A stretch of DNA of 64,000 nt, taken from positions 3,648,001 through 3,712,000 of the forward strand of contig CBDFLE010000006.1 in NCBI GenBank assembly GCA_965248925.1, in the 5' to 3' direction. Numbering within the stretch: the stretch's first letter is position 1; the number at the start of each line of letters is the position of its first letter. A program made the translations under genes and the position numbers. Shown here piece by piece: positions 1 to 10,654 of the stretch. Under the pieces are notes generated by a model that saw only the letters and a list, made by a program, of their open reading frames with translations, was not told where the DNA came from and did no database searches. This DNA is from Candidatus Multivoradales bacterium. GTDB lineage: Bacteria; Acidobacteriota; Thermoanaerobaculia; Multivoradales; J023.

Positions 1-711
1 TACCTGTTGCATGCCAGCGGTGCTGGCGGTCTGGGTTCGGCGGCAGTCACGGTCGAGCTGGGTGAGGTGTCGCCAGCACCTGTTGAATTGCAGTTGGTGC
101 GCAGCGGTTGGGTTTCGGGTCGGGTGGTGGCCGTGGGTGCCGAGCAGGTCGGTCTGTCGGGGGTCAAGATCGAGGTTTCCGTGACCTCGCCGGCATTTAC
201 CCACTGGAGCGCCACCTCTGACTTGGATGGCTATTTCCGGTTGTTTCTTCCCGTCGGAGCAGATCGGGCGGCGGTGCAAGTTTATGCGCCATCCGTCGGA
301 CTGTGGGCCGCTTGCCGCGGTCTGCCATCCGCTGGCGAACAATGGCTTTGGGCGCTACCCGCGGCGGGGGAGCTAGTGTTCGATATCAAGGCTGACGAGT
401 CGTTACCGCCGGTCTCAGCCGGACAGCTCTTTGTGGCGACCAGTGGTGGCGGCCTGTTGCGGATGACAGATTTTTTTCGCTGGCAAGCGATGCGCGGCGA
501 GCCGAGAGATGCCGAGAAATTTGCTGGGGTTGCCGCGGATTCCTACGCCCTGGACTATCACCTGGGCTCGCGGTGGACGCTGGTCGACCAGCTCTGCACC
601 CAGGGCTACGGGACACCCGCGAAAGGGTGGGAGATCTTGGCAGCTGGTGGCAGTGTTGAGCTGGCATTGGATCTACGCCCGGCACAGAAAGCCGAGGCTT
701 CTCTGCCCTGA
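1..711 (+). CDS. C-terminal part of a probable secreted protein with carboxypeptidase-regulatory-like (beta-sandwich) repeats; 5' end probably outside window
   Basis: ORF 7..711 has G-x-V-x-G-R-V and 'TSDLDGYFRL' motifs typical of these repeats; frame is open to the window edge. Confidence 0.5.
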   Translation, partial: YLLHASGAGGLGSAAVTVELGEVSPAPVELQLVRSGWVSGRVVAVGAEQVGLSGVKIEVSVTSPAFTHWSATSDLDGYFRLFLPVGADRAAVQVYAPSVGLWAACRGLPSAGEQWLWALPAAGELVFDIKADESLPPVSAGQLFVATSGGGLLRMTDFFRWQAMRGEPRDAEKFAGVAADSYALDYHLGSRWTLVDQLCTQGYGTPAKGWEILAAGGSVELALDLRPAQKAEASLP

Positions 712-734
712 GGGGGACAAGCAGGAACGCTGAC

Positions 735-756
735 TCAGCCGGCCGCTGTCGGCTGA
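735..756. terminator. Hairpin downstream of first ORF
   Basis: tcagccg-N8-cggctga inverted repeat 24 nt after the stop; no clear U-tract. Confidence 0.3.
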
Positions 757-966
757 TCGGCGTCCTCTCAGTGGGTCGCTCGGGTCCGTTGCTGATCACG
801 TCGCGCCTTTGTTTCCTCATCATCAGCTCTCTATTGCCGGTCTGGCTGTTGCCGGTCGGGGTTGGCACCTGCCTTGCTCTCTCTGTCTGGTGGGAAGGGC
901 TGGGGAGGAACGCGACACCAAGCTTGCCGCCACCTGTTGAATGACTGACCGAGAGGAGGCTCAACC

Positions 967-3051
967 ATGTGCCCACTCCATGATCTATACCGCTCTCATC
1001 TGCACATTCCTCTATTGCTGCTCGGTTCGGTGCTGGTCACGGGCACGGCGCTGGCGGCTACCACCGCCGAACTGGAGCCCAGCTACCAGCGCCAGGGTGA
1101 GGCATCTCGCCGGCCGGCGGTGCGCTCGCCGAACAGCAGGCTGCCCGAGGAGCTGCGGGCTGAGCTGGGAGATCTCGCGCCGCGACAGCGCGGCTACGCT
1201 GAGCGCCGGGCAAGTACGGAGTCGAAGTCGCACGAAGATCCGATCTATCGCGCCGCTAGCCTTGCCGCGCGGCAGACCGCCAGCCGTTGGGCCGAGCCTG
1301 CGGGTCGGCGCCAGCTCTACCGGCTGGGTTTCACGCGGGGCTCTCGGCGGGCTCTCGACGATCCCCACTTGGCGGAGTGGGATTTTCGCCAAGGGCGTTT
1401 CCGTGGCGAGGATGATCCGCAAGCTCACTCGGCAGGGGGCCAGGTGGGTCATGAGGCAGCTGTGAATCATGCCGAGTCGAATGCCTTGGAGCGCGTCGCC
1501 GAGCAGTTTCACGATCTAAGGGTCGAACCGCGGCGGGAAGCAACGCCGGCGTTGCGGCCCGATTGGCAGCCACCGGAGATTGTCGCGCCACGCATTGAGG
1601 AGGCTTTCCATGAGGTGCCTCTGCGGCATTTTTGGCAGGGTGGAGATAGCCGCCAGCCAAGCCCCCGGCAGCTGCTGCGTCACACCGGGTGGCGGAGCCA
1701 CTACTCGGGCGACTGGTGCGATCCGGCACGGGGCTGGAGCCATTGGCGGCGACATGGTGAGCGGTCTGTGCTGTGGGAGCAATTGGACGAGGCCGACCGC
1801 GAGCACTTTGCCGTACTGTTTCGCCAGACCTTCGCGGCTGAGATCAGTCGGCGGGCGGCTGAATTCTCAGACACCGTTTTTGATCATGGCTTTGACGATG
1901 GCTGGCGCTGGGGAGCCGAGGTCAGCTTTGAGTGGGCTTACCGGCGTGGCTATCACCAAGGATTCGCCGCCACCCACCAACGAGCGGCCGAAGTTGCCTA
2001 CCTCGATTCCTACTCCACGGCCTGGCGGGGGGCCTACCTGGATGAATTCGAGCGCTGGTCGTCGACGGCGCAGCTGGAGATCGTCACAGTGGAACTTACG
2101 GATGGCAGTGACGATGGTGTGTTCGAGCCTGGCGAGGAAGTTCTGGCGAATTGGCGGCTGGTCAATTTCGGCGGTGCAGACACCGAGATCTCTGTGTCTC
2201 TAGACGGCCTCGTGTTACTTACTGGCGATCTCCACCGGGTGCGCTTGCCGCGCCGCCGCGCGCTGCGGGGCTCGCGTCCTCTAGCGGTGGTTATCGAGCC
2301 TGCCACCCGGCCGCGCAGCACCGTCCGTCTGAGCTTTCGTGCTGGAGCGTTGCAGCGAGATCTGGAGTTGGCGGTCGCCTACCCGCTGCAGCTGGAACGC
2401 TCGGTGGTCCTGGGCGCGCACGACAGCCTGGCTGGCTGGGCCGAGTTGCAGGTCGAGGTGGTCAACATCAGTCGTCGCGCGGTGCCGGCCAACTTTGAGC
2501 TGTTGGGTCCCGCGGGAGAATTAGTGTCGGCCGACCCGACGCCGGATCTGATGGCGTCGGGCGAGAGGCGCCGGCTGACCTTCCATCTTGGTGGAGTCGA
2601 GCCACTCGCTTTCTTGGCCGGTGAGTTGCAGGTGTCGCTGGTGGCGCGATCCGCGGCTTTCGTGCACGATCGGATGAATTACCGCTTTCCGGAACTGGCC
2701 GCGGATCTCGACAATCGCGACTTGTTGCGTTTCATGGTCCAACTGGCGCGCCGGCCAATAGCGAGTAACAGCGAGATCGAGCGGGCGCAGGGGTTGATGG
2801 TGCGCCGGCTGCAGCTGGATTGGACCGCCGCGGTTGCCGCCAAGGGGAATCCCTATCGTGACGACTACCGCGCCGGTTCGCGGCGCACCGCGTTGGGGGA
2901 TCTAGTGGTCACCGCTGCCGCGATCGGGGGCGACCGGCACCAGGTGTTCGTCGACCTGGCTCCGCGTCTCGATCGCATGGCTGGCGAGTTGCCGGGTAGC
3001 CATCCCTTCCTTCGCCGCTGGGCGCGCAAGCTGGTTCGCCGGCTGAGTTGA
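967..3051 (+). CDS. Secreted hypothetical protein (694 aa)
   Basis: GAGGAGG RBS; hydrophobic signal ending ALA; GFDDGW..AYRRGYHQGF helical segment; DGSDDGVFEPGE acidic loop followed by Ig-like beta segments. Confidence 0.75.
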   Translation: MCPLHDLYRSHLHIPLLLLGSVLVTGTALAATTAELEPSYQRQGEASRRPAVRSPNSRLPEELRAELGDLAPRQRGYAERRASTESKSHEDPIYRAASLAARQTASRWAEPAGRRQLYRLGFTRGSRRALDDPHLAEWDFRQGRFRGEDDPQAHSAGGQVGHEAAVNHAESNALERVAEQFHDLRVEPRREATPALRPDWQPPEIVAPRIEEAFHEVPLRHFWQGGDSRQPSPRQLLRHTGWRSHYSGDWCDPARGWSHWRRHGERSVLWEQLDEADREHFAVLFRQTFAAEISRRAAEFSDTVFDHGFDDGWRWGAEVSFEWAYRRGYHQGFAATHQRAAEVAYLDSYSTAWRGAYLDEFERWSSTAQLEIVTVELTDGSDDGVFEPGEEVLANWRLVNFGGADTEISVSLDGLVLLTGDLHRVRLPRRRALRGSRPLAVVIEPATRPRSTVRLSFRAGALQRDLELAVAYPLQLERSVVLGAHDSLAGWAELQVEVVNISRRAVPANFELLGPAGELVSADPTPDLMASGERRRLTFHLGGVEPLAFLAGELQVSLVARSAAFVHDRMNYRFPELAADLDNRDLLRFMVQLARRPIASNSEIERAQGLMVRRLQLDWTAAVAAKGNPYRDDYRAGSRRTALGDLVVTAAAIGGDRHQVFVDLAPRLDRMAGELPGSHPFLRRWARKLVRRLS

Positions 3052-3382
3052 CCAGCCGCTCGGCACCTGACGGTTGCGGCGGGCGAGAAGGCGTAGCCGT
3101 TGGGCGGGTCGATCCCACACTCCTTGGATGCGCTGGAGACGGCTACTTGGATGATCCCCTGCAGACGGGTCTTGAGATGCCCTCATGGGTTGAGGTAAAC
3201 TTAACGAAGCCTGCCAATTCAGCGGACCTCTTGAGATCCAGCCACCTATTTAGGGCCTTAGCTACAGAACATCAGCGGTATCGAGTGTCGGAAGAACCCG
3301 CGCCTTGGCAGCGTAAGAAGGCTCCCGCAATCGCTGATCCCCGAATCAACTCGCCGTCGACCCAGGCATCCGGAGTAAGTCA

Positions 3383-5152
3383 ATGCCCGAGCAGCTCGAA
3401 GAAACCCGCACGGACGAAGCGTCCGAGACCCTAGAAGCCTCGCCAGCCGAGGACAGCAAAACGCCAGAGCCCTCCGCTGACGAGGCCGTGGCGACCACTG
3501 CTGAAGAGCTGACCGAGGCCGCGGATGGGGCGACGGAAAAGGCGGTGAAGACCGCAGAAGCCGCCGTCGAGGTCGCTACCGAACCAGCGAGCGAAGCCGG
3601 GCCCGCGGTGAAGGAAGTCGAGGCAGCTGCAGAAGCCGCCGTCGACGGGGCCAAAGCCAAAGCCAAGGCAGTCGCGGAAGAGCCGGCAGCGGCCGAAGAA
3701 CCTGCGGCTGACGAGGTCGAGGTGGCCGCTCAAGAGCCCGCCGAGGCGGAGCAGGCTGCTGCTGAGAAGGCTGCCGAGATCGAGGTGACGGCCGCGGTGG
3801 CGAAGACCGCTGCCAAGCCCAAGCCCAAGGCCAAGAAAGCCGCGAAGGCCAAGAAGGCCAAGAAGGCCAAGACGCCTGCCGAGGCGCTAGCGGCCGAGGT
3901 GAAGACCGCCGCCGCTGGCGAGAGCGACCAGCCGGCCACCAAGGCTGCCGCTGAGTCGAGCGGTAGTACGAAAGAAAAGGCAGCTCCTTCCGAGCGCACT
4001 CTGCGGCAACAGGAGACCATGGTTGAGCTGGCCAAGGCGATGGAGGCGAAGACTGTTGTCGAAGGCCGAGTAATCGGCTGGAACAAGGGCGGCTACCACG
4101 TCGCGGTGGGTGAGATTGCCGCCTTCTGCCCGGTATCGCAGATCGAGATTGGCAACCCCCGCAGCCCCAAACGCTATGTGGAGAAAGAATTCTCCTTCCA
4201 CATCATCGAGATCGAGAAGGGCGGTAAGCGGGTGGTCTTGTCCCGGGGCGACGCACTCAAGGCGGCGCGTAAGCATCGCGCTTCGCAGGTGCGCTCCAAA
4301 CTTGCCCAGGGCGCGGTGCTCGAAGGCCGGGTGAGTTCGATCACCGACTTCGGTGCTTTCGTCAGTCTGGGTGGGGGCATCGAAGGTCTGATCCACGTTT
4401 CCGAGATCAGCCGTCGCCGGGTGGAGCATGCCAAGGAGTTGCTCAAGTCCGGCCAGCAAGTCCAGGTGCAAGTGATCAAGATCGAGAACAAAGGCAAGCG
4501 CATTGGCCTGTCGATGAAGCGGCTGGAGAAGGATCCTTGGAAAGGGGCCGACGAGCGCCACAAGCCGGGTGAGAGTTTCAAGGGCACGATCTTGCGCAAG
4601 GCCGAATTTGGCCTGTTTGTCGAGGTCGAGCCGGGTCTCGAAGGCTTGGTGCACAGCTCCCGCTTGGCTCTTGGGCTGACCTTGTCCAGTGACGAACTTG
4701 AGGTCGGCAAGGAGATCGAAGGTTGGGTGCAGGAGTGCAGCCCCAAGCGGCGGCGGCTGGCGCTGTCAATGCGCGAAGTGGCTAAGAACGACCCTTGGAT
4801 CGGTGTCGCCGATCGTTACGAGGTGGGCTCGGTGGTCAAGGGTACGGTCGAGCGTTTGGCCAGCTTCGGCGCTTTTGTCGAGATTGAGCCTGGACTGACC
4901 GGCCTGCTGCCTTTCTCTGAGGTTTCTCTGTCGCCGGGCTCGAACCCCAAGCGTCAATTCCACGCTGGCAAAGTGGTCACCGTGCAGGTGTTGACGGTGG
5001 AGCCGGGACGGCGGCGGATGTCACTCGGTACCGAGACCTCCAAAGCCGAAGGCACGCCGGCCGATTTCAAAGACTTCAAGAAGCAAGAGCAGGTTGATAC
5101 GGGCAGTGGTCTCAGCGCCATGGCCGCGGCTTTCGCCAAACTCAAAGGTTAG
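3383..5152 (+). CDS. S1 RNA-binding domain protein (ribosomal protein S1 paralog, 4 S1 domains) with long Ala/Glu/Lys low-complexity N-terminus
   Basis: Repeated S1 motifs (FGAFVSLGGGIEGLIHVSEIS; FGLFVEVEPGLEGLVHSS; FGAFVEIEPGLTGLLPFSEV); C-terminal 'SAMAAAFAKL'. Confidence 0.85.
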   Translation: MPEQLEETRTDEASETLEASPAEDSKTPEPSADEAVATTAEELTEAADGATEKAVKTAEAAVEVATEPASEAGPAVKEVEAAAEAAVDGAKAKAKAVAEEPAAAEEPAADEVEVAAQEPAEAEQAAAEKAAEIEVTAAVAKTAAKPKPKAKKAAKAKKAKKAKTPAEALAAEVKTAAAGESDQPATKAAAESSGSTKEKAAPSERTLRQQETMVELAKAMEAKTVVEGRVIGWNKGGYHVAVGEIAAFCPVSQIEIGNPRSPKRYVEKEFSFHIIEIEKGGKRVVLSRGDALKAARKHRASQVRSKLAQGAVLEGRVSSITDFGAFVSLGGGIEGLIHVSEISRRRVEHAKELLKSGQQVQVQVIKIENKGKRIGLSMKRLEKDPWKGADERHKPGESFKGTILRKAEFGLFVEVEPGLEGLVHSSRLALGLTLSSDELEVGKEIEGWVQECSPKRRRLALSMREVAKNDPWIGVADRYEVGSVVKGTVERLASFGAFVEIEPGLTGLLPFSEVSLSPGSNPKRQFHAGKVVTVQVLTVEPGRRRMSLGTETSKAEGTPADFKDFKKQEQVDTGSGLSAMAAAFAKLKG

Positions 5153-5249
5153 AAGCCGCCTGCCGCTGAGCGGCGCACGCTCAAGACTAGGCGTGTCGCC
5201 TCGGCCACCGTTTTTTGTCTGCGGGTGGGTGCCCGGAGGTATGTAGTAG

Positions 5250-6113
5250 ATGTCTGAGGAAATCCGAACGATTGGCGTCATCGGCGCAGGCACTATGGGC
5301 CATGGAATCGCTCAGGTGGCGGCGGCGGCTGGCTTTGAAGTCTGCATGGTCGATATTGCCGAAGCCGCCCTGGAGCGGGGCCTGGCGAAGATCGGCAAGG
5401 GCTTCGATCGCTTGCTGGCGAAGGATAAGATCACTGCCGAAGAGCGCGCTGCCGCTTTGGCTCGCTTGACCACTTCTTCCGAGTTGTCGAGCTTGTCGAG
5501 TGCCGATCTGGTGATCGAAGCAGCGGTCGAGAAGCTCGATATCAAGCGGCGGATTCTTGCTGATATCGATAGCGTGCTCGACCGTGGCGCGATTCTTGCC
5601 ACCAACACCAGCTCGATCTCGATCACTCAGCTGGCGGCCGCCACCGGCCGACCCGAGAAGATGATCGGCATGCACTTCATGAATCCGGTACCAGTGATGA
5701 AACTGGTCGAGGTCATCCGCGGCTTGGCCACCGATCAGCAGACCTACGACCGGATTGAGGCCGCCGCGAAAGCGATGGGCAAGACGCCGGTCGAAGTTCA
5801 CGACTCGCCGGGTTTCGTCTCCAACCGAGTGTTGCTGCCGATGATCAACGAGGCGGTTTTCTGTCTCTGGGAAGGGGTCGGCAAGCCAGAGGCTATCGAT
5901 CAGGTGCTGAAGCTGGGCATGAATCACCCGATGGGGCCGCTGGCACTGGCCGATTTGATCGGTTTGGATGTCTGCCTTGATATTCTGCGCGTGCTGCAAG
6001 AGGGCTTTGGCGATCCGAAGTATCGCCCGTGTCCACTGCTGGTGAAGATGGTTGACGCTGGTCGCCTGGGGCGCAAATCCGGTCACGGGTTCTACGACTA
6101 CTCCCAGGCCTGA
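5250..6113 (+). CDS. hbd: 3-hydroxybutyryl-CoA dehydrogenase
   Basis: [10 protein letters not shown] Rossmann motif, [34 protein letters not shown]. Confidence 0.93.
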   Translation: MSEEIRTIGVIGAGTMGHGIAQVAAAAGFEVCMVDIAEAALERGLAKIGKGFDRLLAKDKITAEERAAALARLTTSSELSSLSSADLVIEAAVEKLDIKRRILADIDSVLDRGAILATNTSSISITQLAAATGRPEKMIGMHFMNPVPVMKLVEVIRGLATDQQTYDRIEAAAKAMGKTPVEVHDSPGFVSNRVLLPMINEAVFCLWEGVGKPEAIDQVLKLGMNHPMGPLALADLIGLDVCLDILRVLQEGFGDPKYRPCPLLVKMVDAGRLGRKSGHGFYDYSQA

Positions 6114-6153
6114 GAGCAGGGAGAGTCCCTGCATTTAGTTCTTCGAGACAACT

Positions 6154-7974
6154 ATGCTCTGTCAGGTCTGTGGTCGCAAAAGCTCCGAAGACGCCGAGTA
6201 TTGCTACCACTGTCATCACAAGCTGCTAGTTCTATCCGGTCCCTTCACGGTCGAAGATCAAGAGGCTTTCGAGTCCAACCCGGAAGAGCAGTTCTCCTTC
6301 GACGAGCACTTGCTCGAGCGCATTTCGATCCTCGAAGAAGTGCTCAAACGCACCGCTGGCACCTTGCGACAGGTGCTCGGCGCTCTCTACAAGTTAGAGC
6401 AGAAGACGCTGGTCAACCAGACCGGCCTGACATCACTGCGCGAGTTGCTCGACGCCAAAGAGGTAGTGGCCCGTGGCGAGTGGAGCGAGCTGTGGGAATC
6501 GCGCATGGACTACCAGTTGCTGGCTTTGGAGAAGCGCGAGCGCTTTATTTCCGTGCGCGAGAATATCCTAGCGCTCTATAGCGGCGAGCAGCGCGAAGCC
6601 TTTGAGAGTCATCTCGACAGCGCCGAGGTCGCACTGTTGAGTTTCCACATCGAGGGCGCGGTGGAATCTCTGGAGCGTGCTCACCAGCTAGATCCAGAGA
6701 ATCACGAGTTGGCGTTTTTTCTCGGTGAGACCTCCTTCAACGAGGGCGAGACCGAGCGCGCGCTGAAGTATTTCGACAAGGTGTTGGTGGTCAAACCAGA
6801 ACACTACGAAAGCCTGGTCTATGGCGGTGTGCTATGCCACGAGCAAGGCCGCATTGAGCGCGCCGAGGAGTTGCTCAAGCTGGCCGTCGGTCTTTATGGA
6901 GATGCTTTCCTCCCTGCCTTCAGCCTCGGCGCGGTTTACTCGGGTCAGGGGCGTTTGCCGCAAGCGGTGCATTTTCTCGAACGTGCGGCGGCTCTCGACT
7001 CGGTGCCACAAGCGCTCTATCTCTTGGGTAGCTGCTACTACGAGATGGGCAAGGTGGGTCCCTCGATCCGACACTTGCAGGCCGCCTTGCAGGTGGATCC
7101 AACTTACGAAGAAGCCCAGTTCCTATTGGGTTTGGCGTATCTCGACCGGCGCTGGTACCGTAAAGCGATGGCGGCCTTTGGCGACGCCTATCAACTGCAT
7201 CCTCGCCATCTAAGTTATGCCGAGCTAGCTCAGTTTCTTGGCGGTGGCGCTGGCGAGGGTGCCGATGAGTGGCTGGTGCGGGCCAAGACTCTGCTCGACG
7301 AGGGTAAGGTGCGGCAGGCTCTGGCGGTCTATCGCAGTGCCCTCGGTCAGCGACCCGAGGATCCCCGCTTGCTGGTGGGCTACGCGATGGCCTGCTTGGA
7401 AGTTAATCGGGCGCAGGAGAGTGCCTCGGTGATCGACCGCCTATTGCGTCTCGAGCCAGGCGAGCAGTTGCGCGCCACCGCCTATGCCACCTTGCTCGAA
7501 GCCTTGCGGCTACAGGGCAAGTTGCGCGAAGGGCAGCGCATCGGCAGCCGGCTGCTCGAAGAGGGTGGCACCTCGTTGGCGCAGAGCGTGGCTTGCTATG
7601 AGATGGCCTTCATCCACGCCGAGATGGAAGAGGATCTCGATGCGGCTCTGCGCTTTGCCCACCGCTCACTCGAGCTGTCGCCGCCCGAGCTGCGTCGCCT
7701 GTCCCTCGATGCCCTCGGCTGGGTACATTACAAACGTCGTGAATTCTCCCAGGCGGTCGACTACCTGAGCCGTTCGAACGATCTTGAGTCGTCGCCGCGA
7801 ACCCTCACCCACCTGGGTATGGCGCTACTCGCCAAAGGGGAACGAGAGCGGGCCCGCAGCGTATTGGTGGACGCCCGCCGACTCGAAGTGCGGCAGGTCA
7901 GCCTGGGCTCGAAAGTACTCGAGTGCTTGCGAGAGAACGCTCGCTTGCTGCCCGCGGGCAAGGCAAAAAAGTAA
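6154..7974 (+). CDS. Zinc-ribbon + TPR repeat protein
   Basis: N-terminal CxxC..CxxC (CQVC..CYHC), then many TPR motifs (ALYLLGSCYYEMG, AQFLLGLAY, LDALGWVHYKR). Confidence 0.85.
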   Translation: MLCQVCGRKSSEDAEYCYHCHHKLLVLSGPFTVEDQEAFESNPEEQFSFDEHLLERISILEEVLKRTAGTLRQVLGALYKLEQKTLVNQTGLTSLRELLDAKEVVARGEWSELWESRMDYQLLALEKRERFISVRENILALYSGEQREAFESHLDSAEVALLSFHIEGAVESLERAHQLDPENHELAFFLGETSFNEGETERALKYFDKVLVVKPEHYESLVYGGVLCHEQGRIERAEELLKLAVGLYGDAFLPAFSLGAVYSGQGRLPQAVHFLERAAALDSVPQALYLLGSCYYEMGKVGPSIRHLQAALQVDPTYEEAQFLLGLAYLDRRWYRKAMAAFGDAYQLHPRHLSYAELAQFLGGGAGEGADEWLVRAKTLLDEGKVRQALAVYRSALGQRPEDPRLLVGYAMACLEVNRAQESASVIDRLLRLEPGEQLRATAYATLLEALRLQGKLREGQRIGSRLLEEGGTSLAQSVACYEMAFIHAEMEEDLDAALRFAHRSLELSPPELRRLSLDALGWVHYKRREFSQAVDYLSRSNDLESSPRTLTHLGMALLAKGERERARSVLVDARRLEVRQVSLGSKVLECLRENARLLPAGKAKK

Positions 7975-8059
7975 AGCGAGCGGGCGCCGTCCCCGGCGGT
8001 CGGTTAAGATCCGCCCGCCGAACTACCCATTCCCTCGCTGAGATCCGCGGAGAACAACC

Positions 8060-9769
8060 ATGCGCTGGACCGACTACTATCTTTTTACCGCTCGCGAGGT
8101 GCCGGCCGATGCTGAAGTTGTCAGCCATCGCCTGATGCTACGCGCCGGCATGATCCGCAAGGCCGCTGCCGGGATCTACAGCTACCTTCCCTTCGGCTGG
8201 CGTAGCTTGGAGAAGTTGTCGGCGATCGTCCGCCGTGAACTCAATGCCAAGGGGGCTCTGGAGCTCACCATGCCGGCGGTGCAGCCGGCTGAGCTGTGGC
8301 AGGAGACCGGCCGTTGGCAGAAGTACGGCAAAGAGCTGCTGCGGATCAAGGATCGCCACCAGCGGGACTTCTGTTTCGCCCCCACCGCCGAGGAAGTAGT
8401 GACCGACATCGTGCGCAACGATGTGCGCAGTTACCGCCAGCTGCCCTTCAACCTCTACCAGATTCACACCAAGTTTCGCGACGAGATCAGGCCCCGCTTC
8501 GGCCTCATGCGCGGGCGCGAGTTCCTGATGAAGGATGCCTACTCCTTCCATGCCGGCGAGGAGTCCCTCGATGCCACCTATCGCGATATGGCCGACGCCT
8601 ACCGGCGTATTTTCGAGGCTTGCGGGCTAGATCACATCCAGGTCGAAGCCGACACCGGCACCATCGGTGGTTCGTCGTCGCACGAGTTCATGGTGGTAGC
8701 GCAGACCGGCGAGAGTCTGGTGGTGCGTTGTCCCTCAAGCAGCTACGCGGCCAATGTCGAGCGGGCCGAAGCCGGTGCCCTCGAAGTTCCGGACGGGGGC
8801 GAGCCGGCGGCGCTCGAAGAGGTCGCCACGCCGGGAAAGAAGACCATCCAGCAGGTCGCGGAGTTTCTCGACATCGACCCGCGCAGCTCGATCAAGGCGC
8901 TGGTCTATGACAGCGAGCGCGATGAGCGCGTCTTGGTGTTCATCCGCGGCGACCGCGAGGTCAACGAGATCAAGCTGGCCAACCATCTTGACGTGCAGCA
9001 TCTGGTGTTGGCCAGCGAAGCCCAACTCGAAGAGTTCACCGGTTCGCCGGTGGGTTTCGTCGGTCCGGTGGGGTTGCCGGCGGGGGTGCGGGTGATCGCC
9101 GACCTGACGGTCAAGGGTTTGAGCAATTTCGTCTGCGGCGCCAACCGGCTCGATTTTCACCTGAAGAACGTCAACTGGGGCCGCGATGCCGAGCCCAGTG
9201 AGTGGGTTGATCTGTTGCATGTCCGTGGCGGCGATCCCAGTCCCGATGGCCAAGGGATGCTCGAGGAGTACCGCGGTATCGAGGTGGGTCACATCTTCAA
9301 GCTCGGCAACAAATACTCCACCGATATGGGCTGCACCTACCTCGACCAGGAAGGTAAGAGCCAGCCGATGGAGATGGGTTGCTACGGCCTCGGCATCGGC
9401 CGCACGGTGGCGGCGGCGATCGAGCAGAACCATGACGACGACGGCATCATCTGGCCGCTGCCCCTGGCGCCTTTCCAGGTGTTGCTGCTGGGTCTCAACA
9501 CCAACGTCGAGGAGGTTTGCGCGGCCGCCGACATGCTCTACGACGAGCTGCGCGAGCAAGGCATCGAGGTGCTCTATGACGATCGCAAGGAGCGCCCGGG
9601 GGTCAAATTCAAGGATGCTGATCTGATTGGTATCCCGCTGCGGGTGGTGGTCGGCAAGCGCTCCCTCGACGAAGGCAAGGTCGAATTTTCTCTGCGCCGT
9701 GATCGTGAGAAGCAGATGATCGACCGTGGTGACGTGGTCGCCAAGCTGCGCCAGTTGATCGATAACTGA
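8060..9769 (+). CDS. proS: Proline--tRNA ligase (bacterial type with INS editing domain)
   Basis: SHRLMLRAGMIR, FRDEIRPRFGLMRGREFLMKDAYSF, GIEVGHIFKLG, MGCYGLG, GVKFKDADLIGIP. Confidence 0.98.
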   Translation: MRWTDYYLFTAREVPADAEVVSHRLMLRAGMIRKAAAGIYSYLPFGWRSLEKLSAIVRRELNAKGALELTMPAVQPAELWQETGRWQKYGKELLRIKDRHQRDFCFAPTAEEVVTDIVRNDVRSYRQLPFNLYQIHTKFRDEIRPRFGLMRGREFLMKDAYSFHAGEESLDATYRDMADAYRRIFEACGLDHIQVEADTGTIGGSSSHEFMVVAQTGESLVVRCPSSSYAANVERAEAGALEVPDGGEPAALEEVATPGKKTIQQVAEFLDIDPRSSIKALVYDSERDERVLVFIRGDREVNEIKLANHLDVQHLVLASEAQLEEFTGSPVGFVGPVGLPAGVRVIADLTVKGLSNFVCGANRLDFHLKNVNWGRDAEPSEWVDLLHVRGGDPSPDGQGMLEEYRGIEVGHIFKLGNKYSTDMGCTYLDQEGKSQPMEMGCYGLGIGRTVAAAIEQNHDDDGIIWPLPLAPFQVLLLGLNTNVEEVCAAADMLYDELREQGIEVLYDDRKERPGVKFKDADLIGIPLRVVVGKRSLDEGKVEFSLRRDREKQMIDRGDVVAKLRQLIDN

Positions 9770-9779
9770 AACCGAGGAG

Positions 9780-10613
9780 TTGCTGGTGAGTGCGCCCTTT
9801 GTCATTGATGCCTGGATGCAGCATCCCACGCAGCGTTTCTTGGCGCAGCCCTATTTCGCCTCCCTGCGTCGCTGGCTGGGTGAGCCAGGTATCCCGCAAG
9901 ACGAACTGCCAATCACCGCCACGCTGGCTAGCCTGGACGCCAGCGGAGTGCGCCTTGGCCTGCTCAGTGCCTGGCACGGGCCGCAGGGTGAGCTGATCTC
10001 GAACGACGAGGTCGCCGCAGCTGTTGCCGCTGCCCCCGACCGTCTGGTCGGCATCGCCTCGGTGGATATCTCGCGGCCGATGGCTGCGGTCGCTGAAATT
10101 CGTCGCGCGGTAGGCGAGCTTGGCTTCAAAGGTGTGCGGGTGCTGCCCTGGCTGTGGAATCTACCTCCTGATGACCGCCGGTTCTATCCGGTCTACGTCG
10201 CCTGCTGCGAGCTGGGGGTACCTTTCTGTTTGCAAGTGGGCCACACCGGCCCACTGTGTCCGTCGGAGCCGGGGCGGCCGATCCCCTACCTCGAAAACGT
10301 TGCTCTCGACTTCCCCGAGCTGAAAATCGTCGCCGGCCACATCGGCGCGCCTTGGGCGGAGGAGATGATCTCGCTGGCCACTAAATTTCCCAATCTTTAC
10401 ATCGATAGCTCGGCCTACAAGGCGAGCCGGTATCCGCCTGCCTTCGTCAACTACCTACGGGGCCATGGACGCAAGAAAGTACTCTTCGGCAGCAACTACC
10501 CGATGCTCACCGCCGCCGATTGCCTACGCGATCTCGATAGTCTGGAACTCGATGACGATGCTCAGCAACGTTTCCTATACCAGAACGCCGAACGGGTCTT
10601 TGGACTGTCCTGA
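9780..10613 (+). CDS. Amidohydrolase_2 family metal-dependent hydrolase
   Basis: IDAWMQHP, QVGHTGP, AGHIGAPW, LFGSNYP motifs. Confidence 0.88.
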   Translation: MLVSAPFVIDAWMQHPTQRFLAQPYFASLRRWLGEPGIPQDELPITATLASLDASGVRLGLLSAWHGPQGELISNDEVAAAVAAAPDRLVGIASVDISRPMAAVAEIRRAVGELGFKGVRVLPWLWNLPPDDRRFYPVYVACCELGVPFCLQVGHTGPLCPSEPGRPIPYLENVALDFPELKIVAGHIGAPWAEEMISLATKFPNLYIDSSAYKASRYPPAFVNYLRGHGRKKVLFGSNYPMLTAADCLRDLDSLELDDDAQQRFLYQNAERVFGLS

Positions 10614-10654
10614 CGTCGGTCTTTGATCGAGTGGTTGCGAAACAGCGGATGGGC

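Noticed and set aside
3048-3434. 128-aa ORF or leader RNA upstream of the S1 gene
   Set aside because: No recognisable motif or convincing structure; more likely a promoter/UTR region
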